A stretch of DNA of 64,000 bases. It comes from an uncultured Gammaproteobacteria bacterium (GTDB lineage Bacteria; Patescibacteriota; Patescibacteriia; Magasanikbacterales; UBA922). Under the pieces are notes generated by a model. That model saw only the letters and a program-made list of their open reading frames with translations. It had not been told where the DNA came from and ran no database searches. The translations under genes were made by a program, and so were the position numbers. Positions 18,658 to 29,314 of the stretch are shown here, one piece after another (position 1 is the stretch's first letter; each line of letters begins with the position of its first letter). The stretch is from contig CAZQXB010000001.1 in assembly GCA_964597575.1 (NCBI GenBank), forward strand, positions 338,111-402,110. Direction: 5' to 3'.

Positions 18658-19536
18658 TTACGACTGCTGACTTTCCAGGTATTGCCGTCGCTCTTGGCGA
18701 ATTCTCTGCTCTTCCTTGGTAATTTCTTCCACCGACGCCGTTGTCTTTTCATTTATTTTTTTTGCCGCTTCTTTCGCGTTTCGGTCTGTCTTGGCTGCTT
18801 TCGCGGGCATCTCACGTATTTCCCAGCCCAGTTTGCGTGAGTATGCGTGAAGGAGGACTCCGACCGCTGCGCCATCGAAAACGGCTGCGAGCCCGTCAAA
18901 GATCCACTTGCGAATTCTTTTTTTCATCATCTTTCGTAAGAGATCGGTTTTCCCTCTGGTTATTGAGGCCACTGCCCCTAACTCTGTTTGGTCGCTCTGT
19001 TGCTGAAGGCTGCGCTGTTTGGCAAGTTTGTTCAGTCGTTCGTCGTATCCTCTGAGAACTGGATCGTTTTGGTTCGTGCCATTTCTTCCATCACCCTCTT
19101 CATTTGATTCGCTCCCACCGCTGCCTCCCGAAACCCGGCTGTTTGATTCTGTTTTTTGATTAGCAAATTGTTCAGATTCAGGAACAGAGAAGGGGTTCTC
19201 AGCTGCGGATTTTTTTGGTTGGTTCGGGTCACCATCTTGAGTGAGCGCTGGGTCTGAATTTACGGAACTCGATGTGGTTGGAGCCACACCTTCGCTTGTG
19301 GGCTGTGGTGAAGCACGTCGTTGCCCGCCTTCGTCTTTTCCCACAAACGCCGGGGAGGCAGTTCCTGTACCACGACTTGAGTTTGCGTAGCCTTTGGGAT
19401 TCGTTTGAATTTCAGATATTGTTTTCTGCCGGCTTTGTTCGGCACGAGCTTCGGCTGATGCGAGGGTCGCCAACGATAGGCCGTAGGCGAGGAATAATTT
19501 TTTAAGCGGGTTCCCCGCACGGTGTAGGGCGGCCAT
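18658..19536 (-). CDS. Hypothetical protein (low-complexity middle, coiled-coil end)
   Basis: 292 aa ORF co-oriented within the operon, 3-nt gap to the upstream gene. Confidence 0.6.
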   Translation of the reverse strand: MAALHRAGNPLKKLFLAYGLSLATLASAEARAEQSRQKTISEIQTNPKGYANSSRGTGTASPAFVGKDEGGQRRASPQPTSEGVAPTTSSSVNSDPALTQDGDPNQPKKSAAENPFSVPESEQFANQKTESNSRVSGGSGGSESNEEGDGRNGTNQNDPVLRGYDERLNKLAKQRSLQQQSDQTELGAVASITRGKTDLLRKMMKKRIRKWIFDGLAAVFDGAAVGVLLHAYSRKLGWEIREMPAKAAKTDRNAKEAAKKINEKTTASVEEITKEEQRIRQERRQYLESQQS

Positions 19537-19539
19537 AGC

Positions 19540-19893
19540 TTAGGAAAAGGATGATACAAGAGGTTTTCCTGTACGATGTTCAAGTGTTGCGACAAGTACC
19601 CCATACTCGTCCATAAGATAGTCCACGGTTTCTTTGAGGGGTTCGCCATACAGGAGCGCCTCGCGGGAAAGTTTCATGGCGATCTCTTCGGCTCGAAGAT
19701 CAAGAATTTTTTGTGCTGCTTGCACACTTTTTTCTTCGTCTTGATTTTGAAGTGCTTGTTCAAAAAGTTCTGTGTAGTGGTCGAGCGCTTCGGTAACTTG
19801 TTTTTTTCGAGCGTCATCAACTCTACGCGGTTCAGAGCGTGTCCGATCGCGTTCGAGTTGGCCTGCCCAATCCTGTTCTTGCTCTCTCTCCAT
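19540..19893 (-). CDS. Hypothetical helical protein
   Basis: 117 aa, 3 nt after the clpC stop. Confidence 0.65.
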   Translation of the reverse strand: MEREQEQDWAGQLERDRTRSEPRRVDDARKKQVTEALDHYTELFEQALQNQDEEKSVQAAQKILDLRAEEIAMKLSREALLYGEPLKETVDYLMDEYGVLVATLEHRTGKPLVSSFS

Positions 19894-19896
19894 AGA

Positions 19897-22422
19897 TTAC
19901 AGTAGAGTGAGATGTTCTTTTTTGACAGTAAGGGTGAGTGTTTTTTTTCGTTTGTTTGGTTTTTTCATGGTGGCAAGGAGGAGGTCATGCACCAGTCGCT
20001 CAATCGTTGCGTCAATATGACGGGCTCCGGTTTCAGGCGACCAGGCAGAACGGGCGATTGCCTCTGTTGCTACCGGTTCTGTAACCAAGTCAAGCGCATT
20101 TTTGCCAAGTTCTTTCGCAAGATGTTCTAGTTTGTGGGCGACAATATGCTGCACATCCTCCTTTTGAAGCGGGCGAAAAATATGAACCGAAGAAAGGCGG
20201 CCAATGAGTGGTGCGCCGAATTCATCTTTGAGTTTGGTTTCAATACGTTTGAGGCGCTCTGGAATCATGCCTGCTTCAGATGCACCGCTAAATCCAAAAT
20301 GATGTGCTTTAAATTCTTCTGCTCCGATATTCGTGGTCAGTACAATAATGGCGTGGCGAAAACGAATGTGTTTTCCGCTTGAGTCGGTCAATTCTCCCTC
20401 ATCGAGAATCTGAAAGAGAAGTTTCTGTACGTCAGTATGAGCTTTATCAAATTCATCAAATAAAATAACGGCATGAGGACGTTTTTTAATCGCATCAGTA
20501 AAACGATTACGCTCTTTGTGTCCAATATATCCGGCTGGAGAGCCAAGAAGTTTTGAGACGCTGTGCGCCTCAGCAAACTCATTCATGGAAAAGGTAATAA
20601 GTGCTTGGTCATCCTGAAAGAGCGTTTTGGCCAATTGTTTTGCGAGCTCTGTTTTTCCAACTCCTGAAGGACCGGCAAATAGGAATGAAGCGCGGGGTCG
20701 TTTATCATTCGTGCCGCGTAAAAAACTCCGTTCAAGTGTTTTACCAAGTGACTGAATAACCTCATTTTGTCCAAAAATATGTTTCCCAAGTTCACCAGGA
20801 AGTTCGCTTAAAATATCAAGGTCAGTCTGAATAAGTCGTTGCACTGGAATATGGAGGCGATTACTCGCGGCGCGTGCGATATCCGTGACGGTCACTGCTC
20901 GACGAGGGTTTGCCTCGGGCATTTTCTTTTTTTCATCTCGAGCAAGAATTTTTTCAAGGCGTTCAATGTGTTCTTTAGAACTCACGGCATCTTTTAGACG
21001 CTCTTCACGAATCGCAATTTCCTTTTCTTCACGAAGATTTTCAATGGTGCGAAGAAGATCATGCTTTTTTTTGCTCGCTGCGGTTTCTGGGGTTGCGGCT
21101 CGAACCGCGGCACAGGCTTCGTCAATAAGGTCGATGGCTTTATCGGGTAAATATGCATCATGAATATATTTTACCGACAAATCAATAGCGAGTTGAATGG
21201 CAGATTCCTCAATAGTTACTGTGTGGTAGCGTTCATAGTAGGGAGCCAGGCCTTGGAGAATAGAAAAGGCAACTTCTGGGGTTGGTTCATCAATCGTAAC
21301 CGTCTGAAACCGACGCTCGAGGGCAGGGTCTGAAGTAATAAATTTTTGATACTCATCAAATGTGGTGGCACCGATACAATGCAACTGGCCGCGTGCGAGA
21401 GCTGGTTTCAAGATGTTCGCCGTGTCGAGCGTGCCCATGTTTCCGCCACTGCCGATAATGTTATGAATTTCATCAATAAAAAGAATACATTCCGGGCGGC
21501 GGGTTACTTCTTCAATAAGTTGTTTTAAGCGACCCTCAAATTCACCACGGTACATGGTGCCTGCGACAAGGAGAGGAAGGTCAAGGGCAAAAATCTTTTT
21601 ATGTTTAAGGACAGCGGGTACTTTCCCTTCAGAAATAAGTTTGGCGAGGCCCTCAACGATGGCGGTTTTTCCGACCCCCGGTTCTCCAATAAGTACAGGA
21701 TTATTTTTGGTACGACGACACAGAATATGAATCACTCGCTCAATCTCTTTTTCCCGGCCAATAACAGGGTCTATTTGTTTTTGAACGGTATTCTTGGTCA
21801 ATTCAATGGCGTAGGTTTCGAGTGTAGAGTTCGTTTTTTTGCTTGGCCGCGCTTTTGGAAGTGGTGCTTCTGGAGGCTCTTCGCTTGCATTGTCTTCAAG
21901 AAGATCTTGGATTTGCTCCATTGATTCAGCTACATCGGTCATGTCTGGAAAGCGACTGAGGCCGTGGAAGATTGTTTCAAGTTCGCTAAGAAGGGGTTCC
22001 CGGGAGAGCTTTTTTTGAGCAAAAAGGGTGACAATTTCTCCTGATTCTTCTCGGAGGAGTCCGTGAAGAAGGTGTTCTGTGCCTACATAGGAATGACCAT
22101 GTTCATAGGCAATAAGCATGGCCCTCTCTAGAGCTTTTTTGGCTGCCACACTTAAGGTTGGGGCAATTTCAGTACGTTCTGCTTTGGCGACTGCTTTTTG
22201 CTTTTCTGCATCTTTTAAAACCGTGGCGTATAAGTTTTTTGAAGTTAAATCAAGTCGGCGAAGCACTTCTTCAGCCACAGAACCCGATTCTTCGCTTAAT
22301 CCAAATAAAAGATGAAGGGGGGTAGCCCCAGGTTCTTTTAAGCTGCCGGCCAGGGAAAGGGCTCGGGCAATGGCATTTTTGAGATGGGTCGAAAACTGAT
22401 CAAGAAGTTTTTCCGTATTCAT
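19897..22422 (-). CDS. clpC: ATP-dependent Clp protease ATP-binding subunit (ClpC-like)
   Basis: Clp-N repeats, GEPGVGKT and GPSGVGKT, short middle coiled coil, FGF loop. Confidence 0.9.
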   Translation of the reverse strand: MNTEKLLDQFSTHLKNAIARALSLAGSLKEPGATPLHLLFGLSEESGSVAEEVLRRLDLTSKNLYATVLKDAEKQKAVAKAERTEIAPTLSVAAKKALERAMLIAYEHGHSYVGTEHLLHGLLREESGEIVTLFAQKKLSREPLLSELETIFHGLSRFPDMTDVAESMEQIQDLLEDNASEEPPEAPLPKARPSKKTNSTLETYAIELTKNTVQKQIDPVIGREKEIERVIHILCRRTKNNPVLIGEPGVGKTAIVEGLAKLISEGKVPAVLKHKKIFALDLPLLVAGTMYRGEFEGRLKQLIEEVTRRPECILFIDEIHNIIGSGGNMGTLDTANILKPALARGQLHCIGATTFDEYQKFITSDPALERRFQTVTIDEPTPEVAFSILQGLAPYYERYHTVTIEESAIQLAIDLSVKYIHDAYLPDKAIDLIDEACAAVRAATPETAASKKKHDLLRTIENLREEKEIAIREERLKDAVSSKEHIERLEKILARDEKKKMPEANPRRAVTVTDIARAASNRLHIPVQRLIQTDLDILSELPGELGKHIFGQNEVIQSLGKTLERSFLRGTNDKRPRASFLFAGPSGVGKTELAKQLAKTLFQDDQALITFSMNEFAEAHSVSKLLGSPAGYIGHKERNRFTDAIKKRPHAVILFDEFDKAHTDVQKLLFQILDEGELTDSSGKHIRFRHAIIVLTTNIGAEEFKAHHFGFSGASEAGMIPERLKRIETKLKDEFGAPLIGRLSSVHIFRPLQKEDVQHIVAHKLEHLAKELGKNALDLVTEPVATEAIARSAWSPETGARHIDATIERLVHDLLLATMKKPNKRKKTLTLTVKKEHLTLL

Positions 22423-22477
22423 AAGCGTATACCCTGTATGATACGCTTCTTTGGGGGTTTCGTCTAGGGGAAAAGGC

Positions 22478-23344
22478 CTACATTTCGCGGAGTCGGCGAA
22501 TTCTTTCTTCGGCAGGGGGATGGGTGGAAAAAAGCGTTACAAAACTTTTTCCGCGAAAAGGGTTTGCGATGAATAAGTGGGCGGTTGCCGCACTTGCCCC
22601 TGGGAGGGGTGTTTTACTTTGGGATATTTTCTCTAAAGCTCGAGCAAGGCCCTCAGGGTACCGTGTGAGGAGGGCTCCTGAGGCGTCAGCTAAATACTCC
22701 CGTTTTCGAGAAATGGCGAGTTTAATTAATTCTGCCACGATAGGGGAGACGATAAGGAGCGCGATTCCAAGGATTGCGAGAATATTACTTCCTCGATCCC
22801 GATCATCGCGGCTGGTGAGGTTGAAGCGTAAAAACCAATCTGCTAAAAGTGAAAGGGTGCCGACTAAGACAACGACCACGGTCATAACACGAATGTCATA
22901 GTTTTTGACATGAGAAAGCTCATGAGCAATTACCCCTTCGAGCTCCTCATTTTCGAGTGCCTCAAGAAGCCCGGTCGTAACCGCGATCGAAGCGTGTTCT
23001 GGGTCGCGACCCGTAGCAAAGGCATTCAGTGCGCTCGTTGGAATAAGGTGAATTTTAGGGAGGGGCTGCCCATTCGCAAGGCAAAGATTTTCTACAATGC
23101 GATAGAGGTAGGGGTTATCTTCTTTTTTTATTTCCTTTGCTCCAGAAGACCAGAGCGCCATTTTATCCCCGGCAAAATAGCTGGTCAAAGTGAGGATGCT
23201 GGAAAGAGCTACAGCTCCGACGACTGACTCGTAGCCGAATCGGCCGGTGGCATTGAGAAGGATCCCGATAGTAATAATAAGACCCCCGACTAATGCCATG
23301 AGAAACCAGGTTTTGCGTTTGTTACTATCGATCTGGTCGTACAT
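22478..23344 (-). CDS. htpX: M48 zinc metalloprotease HtpX
   Basis: NAFATG, HELSH, SRKREYLAD, STHPP. Confidence 0.93.
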   Translation of the reverse strand: MYDQIDSNKRKTWFLMALVGGLIITIGILLNATGRFGYESVVGAVALSSILTLTSYFAGDKMALWSSGAKEIKKEDNPYLYRIVENLCLANGQPLPKIHLIPTSALNAFATGRDPEHASIAVTTGLLEALENEELEGVIAHELSHVKNYDIRVMTVVVVLVGTLSLLADWFLRFNLTSRDDRDRGSNILAILGIALLIVSPIVAELIKLAISRKREYLADASGALLTRYPEGLARALEKISQSKTPLPGASAATAHLFIANPFRGKSFVTLFSTHPPAEERIRRLREM

Positions 23345-23404
23345 AGAAATTTTCTTCAGAAAAAGTCGCACCTGCGCGGTGCAGATGCTGCTTTGGCGAA
23401 AAGA

Positions 23405-23971
23405 TTAGAACGAAACTTTCACGTTTTCGCGTTCCTTCGGATCGGCAACTTCAAAGAATTCCATGGCTTTGAACGAAAACATGTTGGCAATAATGTTTGT
23501 TGGGACTGTTTCAATAGAAGTATTGAGATCGCGAACTTGACTGTTGTAGAAGCGGCGAGATGCTTGAATTTTATTTTCGGTATCAGAAAGTTCATCCATA
23601 AGCTGAGCCATATTCTGATTGGCCTTGATTTCTGGGTACGCTTCAACGGCAATCTGCAAACGACCAAGCATGCCTCCGAGGAGGGACTCGCTTTTTGCTA
23701 ATTCTTGGGTGTTGCCAGATGCTTGCGCTGCCATGGCACCTGACCGAGCTTTGGTAATGTTTTCAAGAAGTTCTCGTTCATGGGTGAGAAAACCTTTGAC
23801 GCTTTCAACTAAATTCGGAATAAGGTCATGGCGTCGTTTTAACTGCACATCAATATCGCTCCAGCCCTCTTTCGCTCGATTTCTGAGGGACACCAAGCGA
23901 TTATAAGTGAACACCACCCACAGTACTACCACCGCAATAATAGCGATAAGAATCCACACACCAGTTGTCAT
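23405..23971 (-). CDS. lemA: LemA family protein
   Basis: WSDIDVQLKRRHDLIPNLV, EAYPEIKAN, RRFYN. Confidence 0.95.
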   Translation of the reverse strand: MTTGVWILIAIIAVVVLWVVFTYNRLVSLRNRAKEGWSDIDVQLKRRHDLIPNLVESVKGFLTHERELLENITKARSGAMAAQASGNTQELAKSESLLGGMLGRLQIAVEAYPEIKANQNMAQLMDELSDTENKIQASRRFYNSQVRDLNTSIETVPTNIIANMFSFKAMEFFEVADPKERENVKVSF

Positions 23972-24078
23972 AGACAGATATTTAGGGTAATAAATGGAGT
24001 ATCCGACTTGCTCTTATAGGAGCGCTTTCTGTATACTCTACAGGTAATGGTAGCCTGAATAACCTCTTTTCGTCAATT

Positions 24079-25260
24079 ATGGGAACTATCCTCCTTTTTT
24101 TAATTATTCTAACGGCGCTCGTTCTTGTTCATGAACTTGGCCATTTTTTGACTGCGCGTTTTTTCGGAATGAAAGTGCTTGAGTTTGGAGTTGGGTTTCC
24201 TCCCCGAGCTTTTGGATGGTATAAAGATCCAAAAACAGGAAAGCGCGTTTTTGTTTGGCCAAAGAAAAAAACTCCAGGTCTTCAGGATACGGTCGGTGGC
24301 GGTGCTCGGGAAGAAGAAGTGCCCGGTGTTTTATATACCGTGAATTGGTTACCGATTGGCGGGTTTGTCAAAATTAAAGGCGAAAACGGGGGAGACGAAA
24401 AAACGAATGACAGTTTTGCGGCAGCTCCTGTGTGGAAACGACTCATTGTGCTCGTGGCCGGGGTGGTCATGAATATTATTTTAGCGAGCCTTTTGTTCGG
24501 AATCGGTTTTATGAAAGGGCTTCCAACCGATGTATCCGGCGGAATTCCTGAAGGGTCGTCGCTTGTCGGGGCTCCCATGATTGTGGTTCAGGAAGTTGTC
24601 TCTGATTCTCCGGCCGAAAAAGCCGGGGTAAAACCAGGCGACAAAATTGTGCGAATAAATACGTTCGTGCCACCAAACGCTGCAGCCATGAGTGAGTCAG
24701 TTCTTTTAAATGGTGAAAAGCCGCTCACATTAGAACTTTCCCGCGAAGAAGGGCTTGTCGTGGTAGAGGTAATTCCAGGAGTGGTGGAGTCTGCGGGTGA
24801 AACTTCTCCTAAGCTCGGGGTTCGTTTGGCTGATGTTGGGCTCGTGCAGTTTGCTTGGTATAAAGCGATTCCTGAAGGGTTTGTTGCTGCGTTTTGGAGT
24901 TTGCTTGGTATTTTTCAAGCACTTTGGCTTTTAGTTGTCAATCTTGTGACAGGGAAAGGGTTACTTTTCGAAGTCTCTGGCCCCGTGGGGATTGCGACCG
25001 CCGTAGGGCAAAGTGCAGAGCTCGGGATTTCATATCTTATCCATATTGCAGCAATGATTTCACTCTCGCTTGCCGCCATGAATATCCTTCCTATTCCAGC
25101 GCTTGACGGGGGCCGCGCTTTTTTTGTGGCGCTCGAAGGAATTTTCCGACGAAAAATTCCCCCTGCATTTGAAGGTGTGGCACATACGATTGGTTTTGTC
25201 CTTCTCATGATTTTGATTATGGTCGTTACGGGTCGAGATATTCTTAAATTATTTTCTTAA
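24079..25260 (+). CDS. rseP: RIP metalloprotease RseP (M50 with PDZ)
   Basis: HELGH, PIGGFVKI, PDZ (SPAEKAG), NILPIPALDGG. Confidence 0.93.
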   Translation: MGTILLFLIILTALVLVHELGHFLTARFFGMKVLEFGVGFPPRAFGWYKDPKTGKRVFVWPKKKTPGLQDTVGGGAREEEVPGVLYTVNWLPIGGFVKIKGENGGDEKTNDSFAAAPVWKRLIVLVAGVVMNIILASLLFGIGFMKGLPTDVSGGIPEGSSLVGAPMIVVQEVVSDSPAEKAGVKPGDKIVRINTFVPPNAAAMSESVLLNGEKPLTLELSREEGLVVVEVIPGVVESAGETSPKLGVRLADVGLVQFAWYKAIPEGFVAAFWSLLGIFQALWLLVVNLVTGKGLLFEVSGPVGIATAVGQSAELGISYLIHIAAMISLSLAAMNILPIPALDGGRAFFVALEGIFRRKIPPAFEGVAHTIGFVLLMILIMVVTGRDILKLFS

Positions 25261-25293
25261 CGTCATTTATTGCATATCGCTATTTTGATTTTT

Positions 25294-26328
25294 ATGCATG
25301 AACACCTCGAAACATTTCGGCAAGAGTATCTTGCGGCCATTCAGAACATAACGACAGAAGCAGAACTGGCCTCGTTTACCGAGCTGTATTTTGGACGAAA
25401 AAATGGCAAGTTGACTGAGCTTTTAAAAGGGCTTGGGAGTTTGTCTCCTGAAGAACGTCGTATGCGTGGACAGGAACTCAATGTGTTAAAAACGGAATTA
25501 GAGGCAGTGCAACAAGAGGTTGAGCGAAAGATTCGGAGTGAAGGGTCAAGAGCACGTTTGGCCACAGAAACAATTGACATTACTGAGCCAAAAATTCCCA
25601 GTGAACCAAATGGATCTCTTCACCCGCTGACGACGCTTCGGTATGACCTTGAAGATTTTTTTTCGCGTTTGGGTTTCCGTGTTGTACAAAGCCCAGAACT
25701 TGAAAGTGATTATTTTAATTTCACGGCCTTAAATGTCCCTCCGAACCATCCTGCTCGGGACATGCAAGATACGTTCTATATTAAAGACCATCCTGATTGG
25801 GTGATGCGTACCCAAACAACGTCGTACCAAGTGCGTATGCTTCGGGAATACGGTGCGCCATTAAAAATGGTTACTATTGGTCGTGTCTTCCGTAACGAAG
25901 CTACCGATGTTCGCCATGAGCACACCTTTTATCAATTTGAAGGTCTCATGGTTGGAAAAGGGATCTCATTTGCAAATCTCAAAGCCACCCTCCTTGCCAT
26001 GGCCACTCATTTGTATGGAGAGAAAACCGAGGTGAGACTGCGTCCAAAGTTCTACCCATTCGTTGAGCCGGGGGTAAATGGGGAAGTCACCTGCTTCCTC
26101 TGTTCTGGAAAAGGATGTCGGCTCTGTAAAGAGACTGGCTGGTTAGAGGTGTTTGGGGCGGGTATGGTCCACCCGCATGTTCTACAAGAAGCTGGGCTTG
26201 ATCCAAAAGAATATACGGGTTTTGCCTTCGGGTGCGGATTTAATCGCCTGGTCATGCTTAAATACGGTATTGAAGATGTGCGCCACTTTCAATCTGGTGA
26301 TCTCCGCTTTGTTTCTCAATTCTCGTAA
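25294..26328 (+). CDS. pheS: Phenylalanine-tRNA ligase alpha subunit
   Basis: HPARDMQDTFY, FYPFVEP, GAGMVHP, GFAFG. Confidence 0.97.
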   Translation: MHEHLETFRQEYLAAIQNITTEAELASFTELYFGRKNGKLTELLKGLGSLSPEERRMRGQELNVLKTELEAVQQEVERKIRSEGSRARLATETIDITEPKIPSEPNGSLHPLTTLRYDLEDFFSRLGFRVVQSPELESDYFNFTALNVPPNHPARDMQDTFYIKDHPDWVMRTQTTSYQVRMLREYGAPLKMVTIGRVFRNEATDVRHEHTFYQFEGLMVGKGISFANLKATLLAMATHLYGEKTEVRLRPKFYPFVEPGVNGEVTCFLCSGKGCRLCKETGWLEVFGAGMVHPHVLQEAGLDPKEYTGFAFGCGFNRLVMLKYGIEDVRHFQSGDLRFVSQFS

Positions 26329-26331
26329 TGT

Positions 26332-28779
26332 ATGCTCGTCTCATTTTCTTGGATTCAGTCATTTATTAAGCAGGGAAAAAAACTCGACCCGGAAAAAGTC
26401 GCGGCTCTTTTGACTCAAAAAACAGTTGAGGTCGAAGGCATTATTCGGGCCGGAGAACACTTGGAGAACATTGTCGTTGGTGAAATTATTGCGGTCGCCG
26501 CTCATCCGAATGCTGATAAATTGAAAGTGTGTAGAGTGTCTGTTGGTAAAGAAACACTCTCCATCGTCTGTGGCGGATCAAACGTGGTAGAAGGTATGCT
26601 CGTGGCTGTCGCAAAAGTCGGTGCGCGCGTACGCTGGCATGGAGAAGGAGATCTTATTACCCTTGAACCAGCAGAAATTCGCGGTGTGGCGTCGAGTGGT
26701 ATGATTTGCGGAGCTGACGAAATTGGGCTTGCGAGTGAATTTCCGAAAAAGGGTGAAAAGGAAATACTCGATCTTTCTGACCTTCATGTAAAGCCTGGTA
26801 CTTTGCTTGCTGAAGCGCTCCACAAAACAGACATTGTTTTCGATATTGATAATAAATCATTATCAAATCGCCCCGACCTTCTTTCCCATGTTGGGTTAGC
26901 ACGAGAAGTCGCTGCCTTAACGAAAACAGATTTTAATATTATTACCGCCAAGCGACCGGGCATCATGCCAGCGAAAGGTTCGACTGCGCCACGAATTGTG
27001 GTCGAGAGCGCAAAAGATACGCCACTCTTTGAGGCGGTTGCGATTAGCGGCATTACGAATATTCCTTCTCCTTCTTGGCTTACGGAAAAATTAACCACGC
27101 TTGGTATCGCCTCTATTCACCCGGTGGTTGATGTGACGAATTATGTCATGCTCGAATACGGTCAGCCACTTCATGCCTATGATGCAGCCAAAGTACAAGG
27201 AAAAAAACTTGAAGCACGGCGTGCTAAAGCACATGAAGAGGTGACGACCCTTGATGGGAAGAAACGAAAACTTTCACCAGAAATTCTCGTCATCGCAGAC
27301 GCCGAGAAAGTGGTTGGAGTTGCCGGTATTATGGGTGGAAAAGAAACAGAAGTAGGAGAAACGACAACATCGATTCTGCTTGAGGCTGCGAACTTCACCG
27401 CCGGAACCATTCGTCGTGGTACGACCATGCTTGGGCTCCGAACCGATGCGTCAACCCGTTATGAAAAATCACTTGACCCTTGTAGTGTGGGGGTCGGCCT
27501 CACGCGCGCAGTAGAACTTCTCCGTAAAATATATGGACCGAGTATTCAGGTGAGTAAGCTGGCAAGTAAGGGGAAACTCCCGTCCATGCCAAAGCCACTT
27601 CTTGTATCGTGGAAGTATGTTGAAGAGTTTCTTGGAACCCCAATTCCTATAAAGGAAGGCATGGATATTTTGCTTCGTCTTGGGTTCGGGGTAAAAAAAC
27701 ACGGTAAGGACCAGCTTTCTGTTGGAATTCCAACCCGTCGCGCTACTAAAGATATTTCTCGAGTGGAAGATATTGTTGAAGAAATTATTCGGGTGTATGG
27801 ATATGACAAGATCAAACCAGTGTTTGGTTCGGTCACCATGAGTGCTGCCCCAATTGACCCAGTCTTACTACTCGAGCGTAAATTTCGAGAGGTGCTGTCG
27901 AGCCAGTACGGAGCCAACGAGGTGTATACCTATTCGTTCGTTCGGGAAACAACACCAAAACATTTTGGCGTAAAGGATGATACGTATATCCGCCTTGATA
28001 ACCCGATCGCAAGTGATCGTCCGCTTCTGCGCCGTCATCTTTTGGAGAGTGTGTGTGAGGCGGCAAAAGGAAACATTCGCCGTGTTGATTCTCTCCGTTT
28101 ATTTGAAACAGGAGTGGTTTTTCGAAAAGAAACCTCGGGTGAACTAGCGCAAAAAACAGGAACCGGGCGTTTGCCGCACCAGCCTCTTCATAGCGCGTTT
28201 TTATTTGGTCAAAAAGGGGAGGTGACGCCATATAAAGAAGCATACGCCGTTCTTTCTGGGCTCATGCGCCGTTTACGGTATCGTTTTTCTTTAGAAAGAA
28301 AGAATTTGCCATCATTCCTTCACCCCGGCCGAGGTGCGGTCATTGTTCAAGATGGTGAAGCGGTTGGATATATTGGTGAACTTCATCCGGATGTTATCGA
28401 AGCAGAAGGATTACCGTATCGTGTGGCTGCGTTTGAGGTAGATCTGGTTCGCTTGGCATCGAAAGAGCCTCAGCCGATTCGATATGTTCCGATTCCTGTG
28501 TATCCAGACATTGTCCAAGATATTGCTCTTGTTGTTTCCGAAGAAGTAACGCACGAAACAATTCAGCAGGCTCTTTCTTCATTCAACCCTCTCATTTCTC
28601 GCGCTGAACTTTTCGATGTCTACCGAGGTGAGCATATCGCGAAAGGAAAAAAGAGTTTGGCATACCACTTGACCTATCGATCCGTTGAAAAAACACTTAC
28701 GACCTCTGATGTTGATGCGGTTCATCGTGAGCTTCTTCGGTTTTTGGAGAAAGAGTTTGGGGCAACTGTGAGAGAATAG
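26332..28779 (+). CDS. pheT: Phenylalanine-tRNA ligase beta subunit
   Basis: HPNADKL, NRPDLLSH, GQPLHAYD, DIVEEIIRVYGY, FDVYRG. Confidence 0.97.
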   Translation: MLVSFSWIQSFIKQGKKLDPEKVAALLTQKTVEVEGIIRAGEHLENIVVGEIIAVAAHPNADKLKVCRVSVGKETLSIVCGGSNVVEGMLVAVAKVGARVRWHGEGDLITLEPAEIRGVASSGMICGADEIGLASEFPKKGEKEILDLSDLHVKPGTLLAEALHKTDIVFDIDNKSLSNRPDLLSHVGLAREVAALTKTDFNIITAKRPGIMPAKGSTAPRIVVESAKDTPLFEAVAISGITNIPSPSWLTEKLTTLGIASIHPVVDVTNYVMLEYGQPLHAYDAAKVQGKKLEARRAKAHEEVTTLDGKKRKLSPEILVIADAEKVVGVAGIMGGKETEVGETTTSILLEAANFTAGTIRRGTTMLGLRTDASTRYEKSLDPCSVGVGLTRAVELLRKIYGPSIQVSKLASKGKLPSMPKPLLVSWKYVEEFLGTPIPIKEGMDILLRLGFGVKKHGKDQLSVGIPTRRATKDISRVEDIVEEIIRVYGYDKIKPVFGSVTMSAAPIDPVLLLERKFREVLSSQYGANEVYTYSFVRETTPKHFGVKDDTYIRLDNPIASDRPLLRRHLLESVCEAAKGNIRRVDSLRLFETGVVFRKETSGELAQKTGTGRLPHQPLHSAFLFGQKGEVTPYKEAYAVLSGLMRRLRYRFSLERKNLPSFLHPGRGAVIVQDGEAVGYIGELHPDVIEAEGLPYRVAAFEVDLVRLASKEPQPIRYVPIPVYPDIVQDIALVVSEEVTHETIQQALSSFNPLISRAELFDVYRGEHIAKGKKSLAYHLTYRSVEKTLTTSDVDAVHRELLRFLEKEFGATVRE

Positions 28780-28873
28780 TAGAGCTAAATGAAAAGCTGT
28801 GGTATAATAAATACATTAAGTCTATAGCACTCTTCATGAACCTGTCGGCATGTTAAGAGATGCAAGGAGTTAT

Positions 28874-29218
28874 ATGTACGGTAGTAGTCAAGATCTTCTC
28901 TATATTGTTCTTTCTATTTGTATCGTGTGGTTTACGGTATTCCTGTGCTGGTTATTGTACCAAGCTGCACGCGTTCTTCGAAACGCAAATCGTATCGTAG
29001 AAAATGTTACGGATAAGTTAGAACTCATTTCCGAAGCAGTGGGGTTCATGCGCAACAAAGTTGACGGTATCTCGACCAGCATGGGGGCGATGGGGCGGTT
29101 AGTAGCAAGCCTTGTCGAAAAAGTGGTCATTGGTAAACTTCAGAAAAAAATGGACGAAGAGGAGGAAGGAGATAAACCCGAACGACGAACTCGTCGTAAG
29201 GGGGGTCGAAATATGTAG
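28874..29218 (+). CDS. Small membrane-anchored coiled-coil protein
   Basis: One TM plus an amphipathic helix; TATAAT upstream. Confidence 0.7.
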   Translation: MYGSSQDLLYIVLSICIVWFTVFLCWLLYQAARVLRNANRIVENVTDKLELISEAVGFMRNKVDGISTSMGAMGRLVASLVEKVVIGKLQKKMDEEEEGDKPERRTRRKGGRNM

Positions 29219-29232
29219 TGTTCGCGGAAGAA

Positions 29233-29271
29233 GAAAGTACCCATTGCCAGGCCCGGCAGTGGGTATTTTTA
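29233..29271 (+). terminator. Intrinsic terminator
   Basis: AAGTACCCATTGCC-AGGCCC-GGCAGTGGGTATTT followed by T residues. Confidence 0.75.
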
Positions 29272-29314
29272 TTGGTTGCGGCGAGCCACGAAGTAGGCTA
29301 CACTCTATGGTACT

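Noticed and set aside
25261-25293. Possible T-box before pheS
   Set aside because: The gap is only 33 nt and has no T-box motif.
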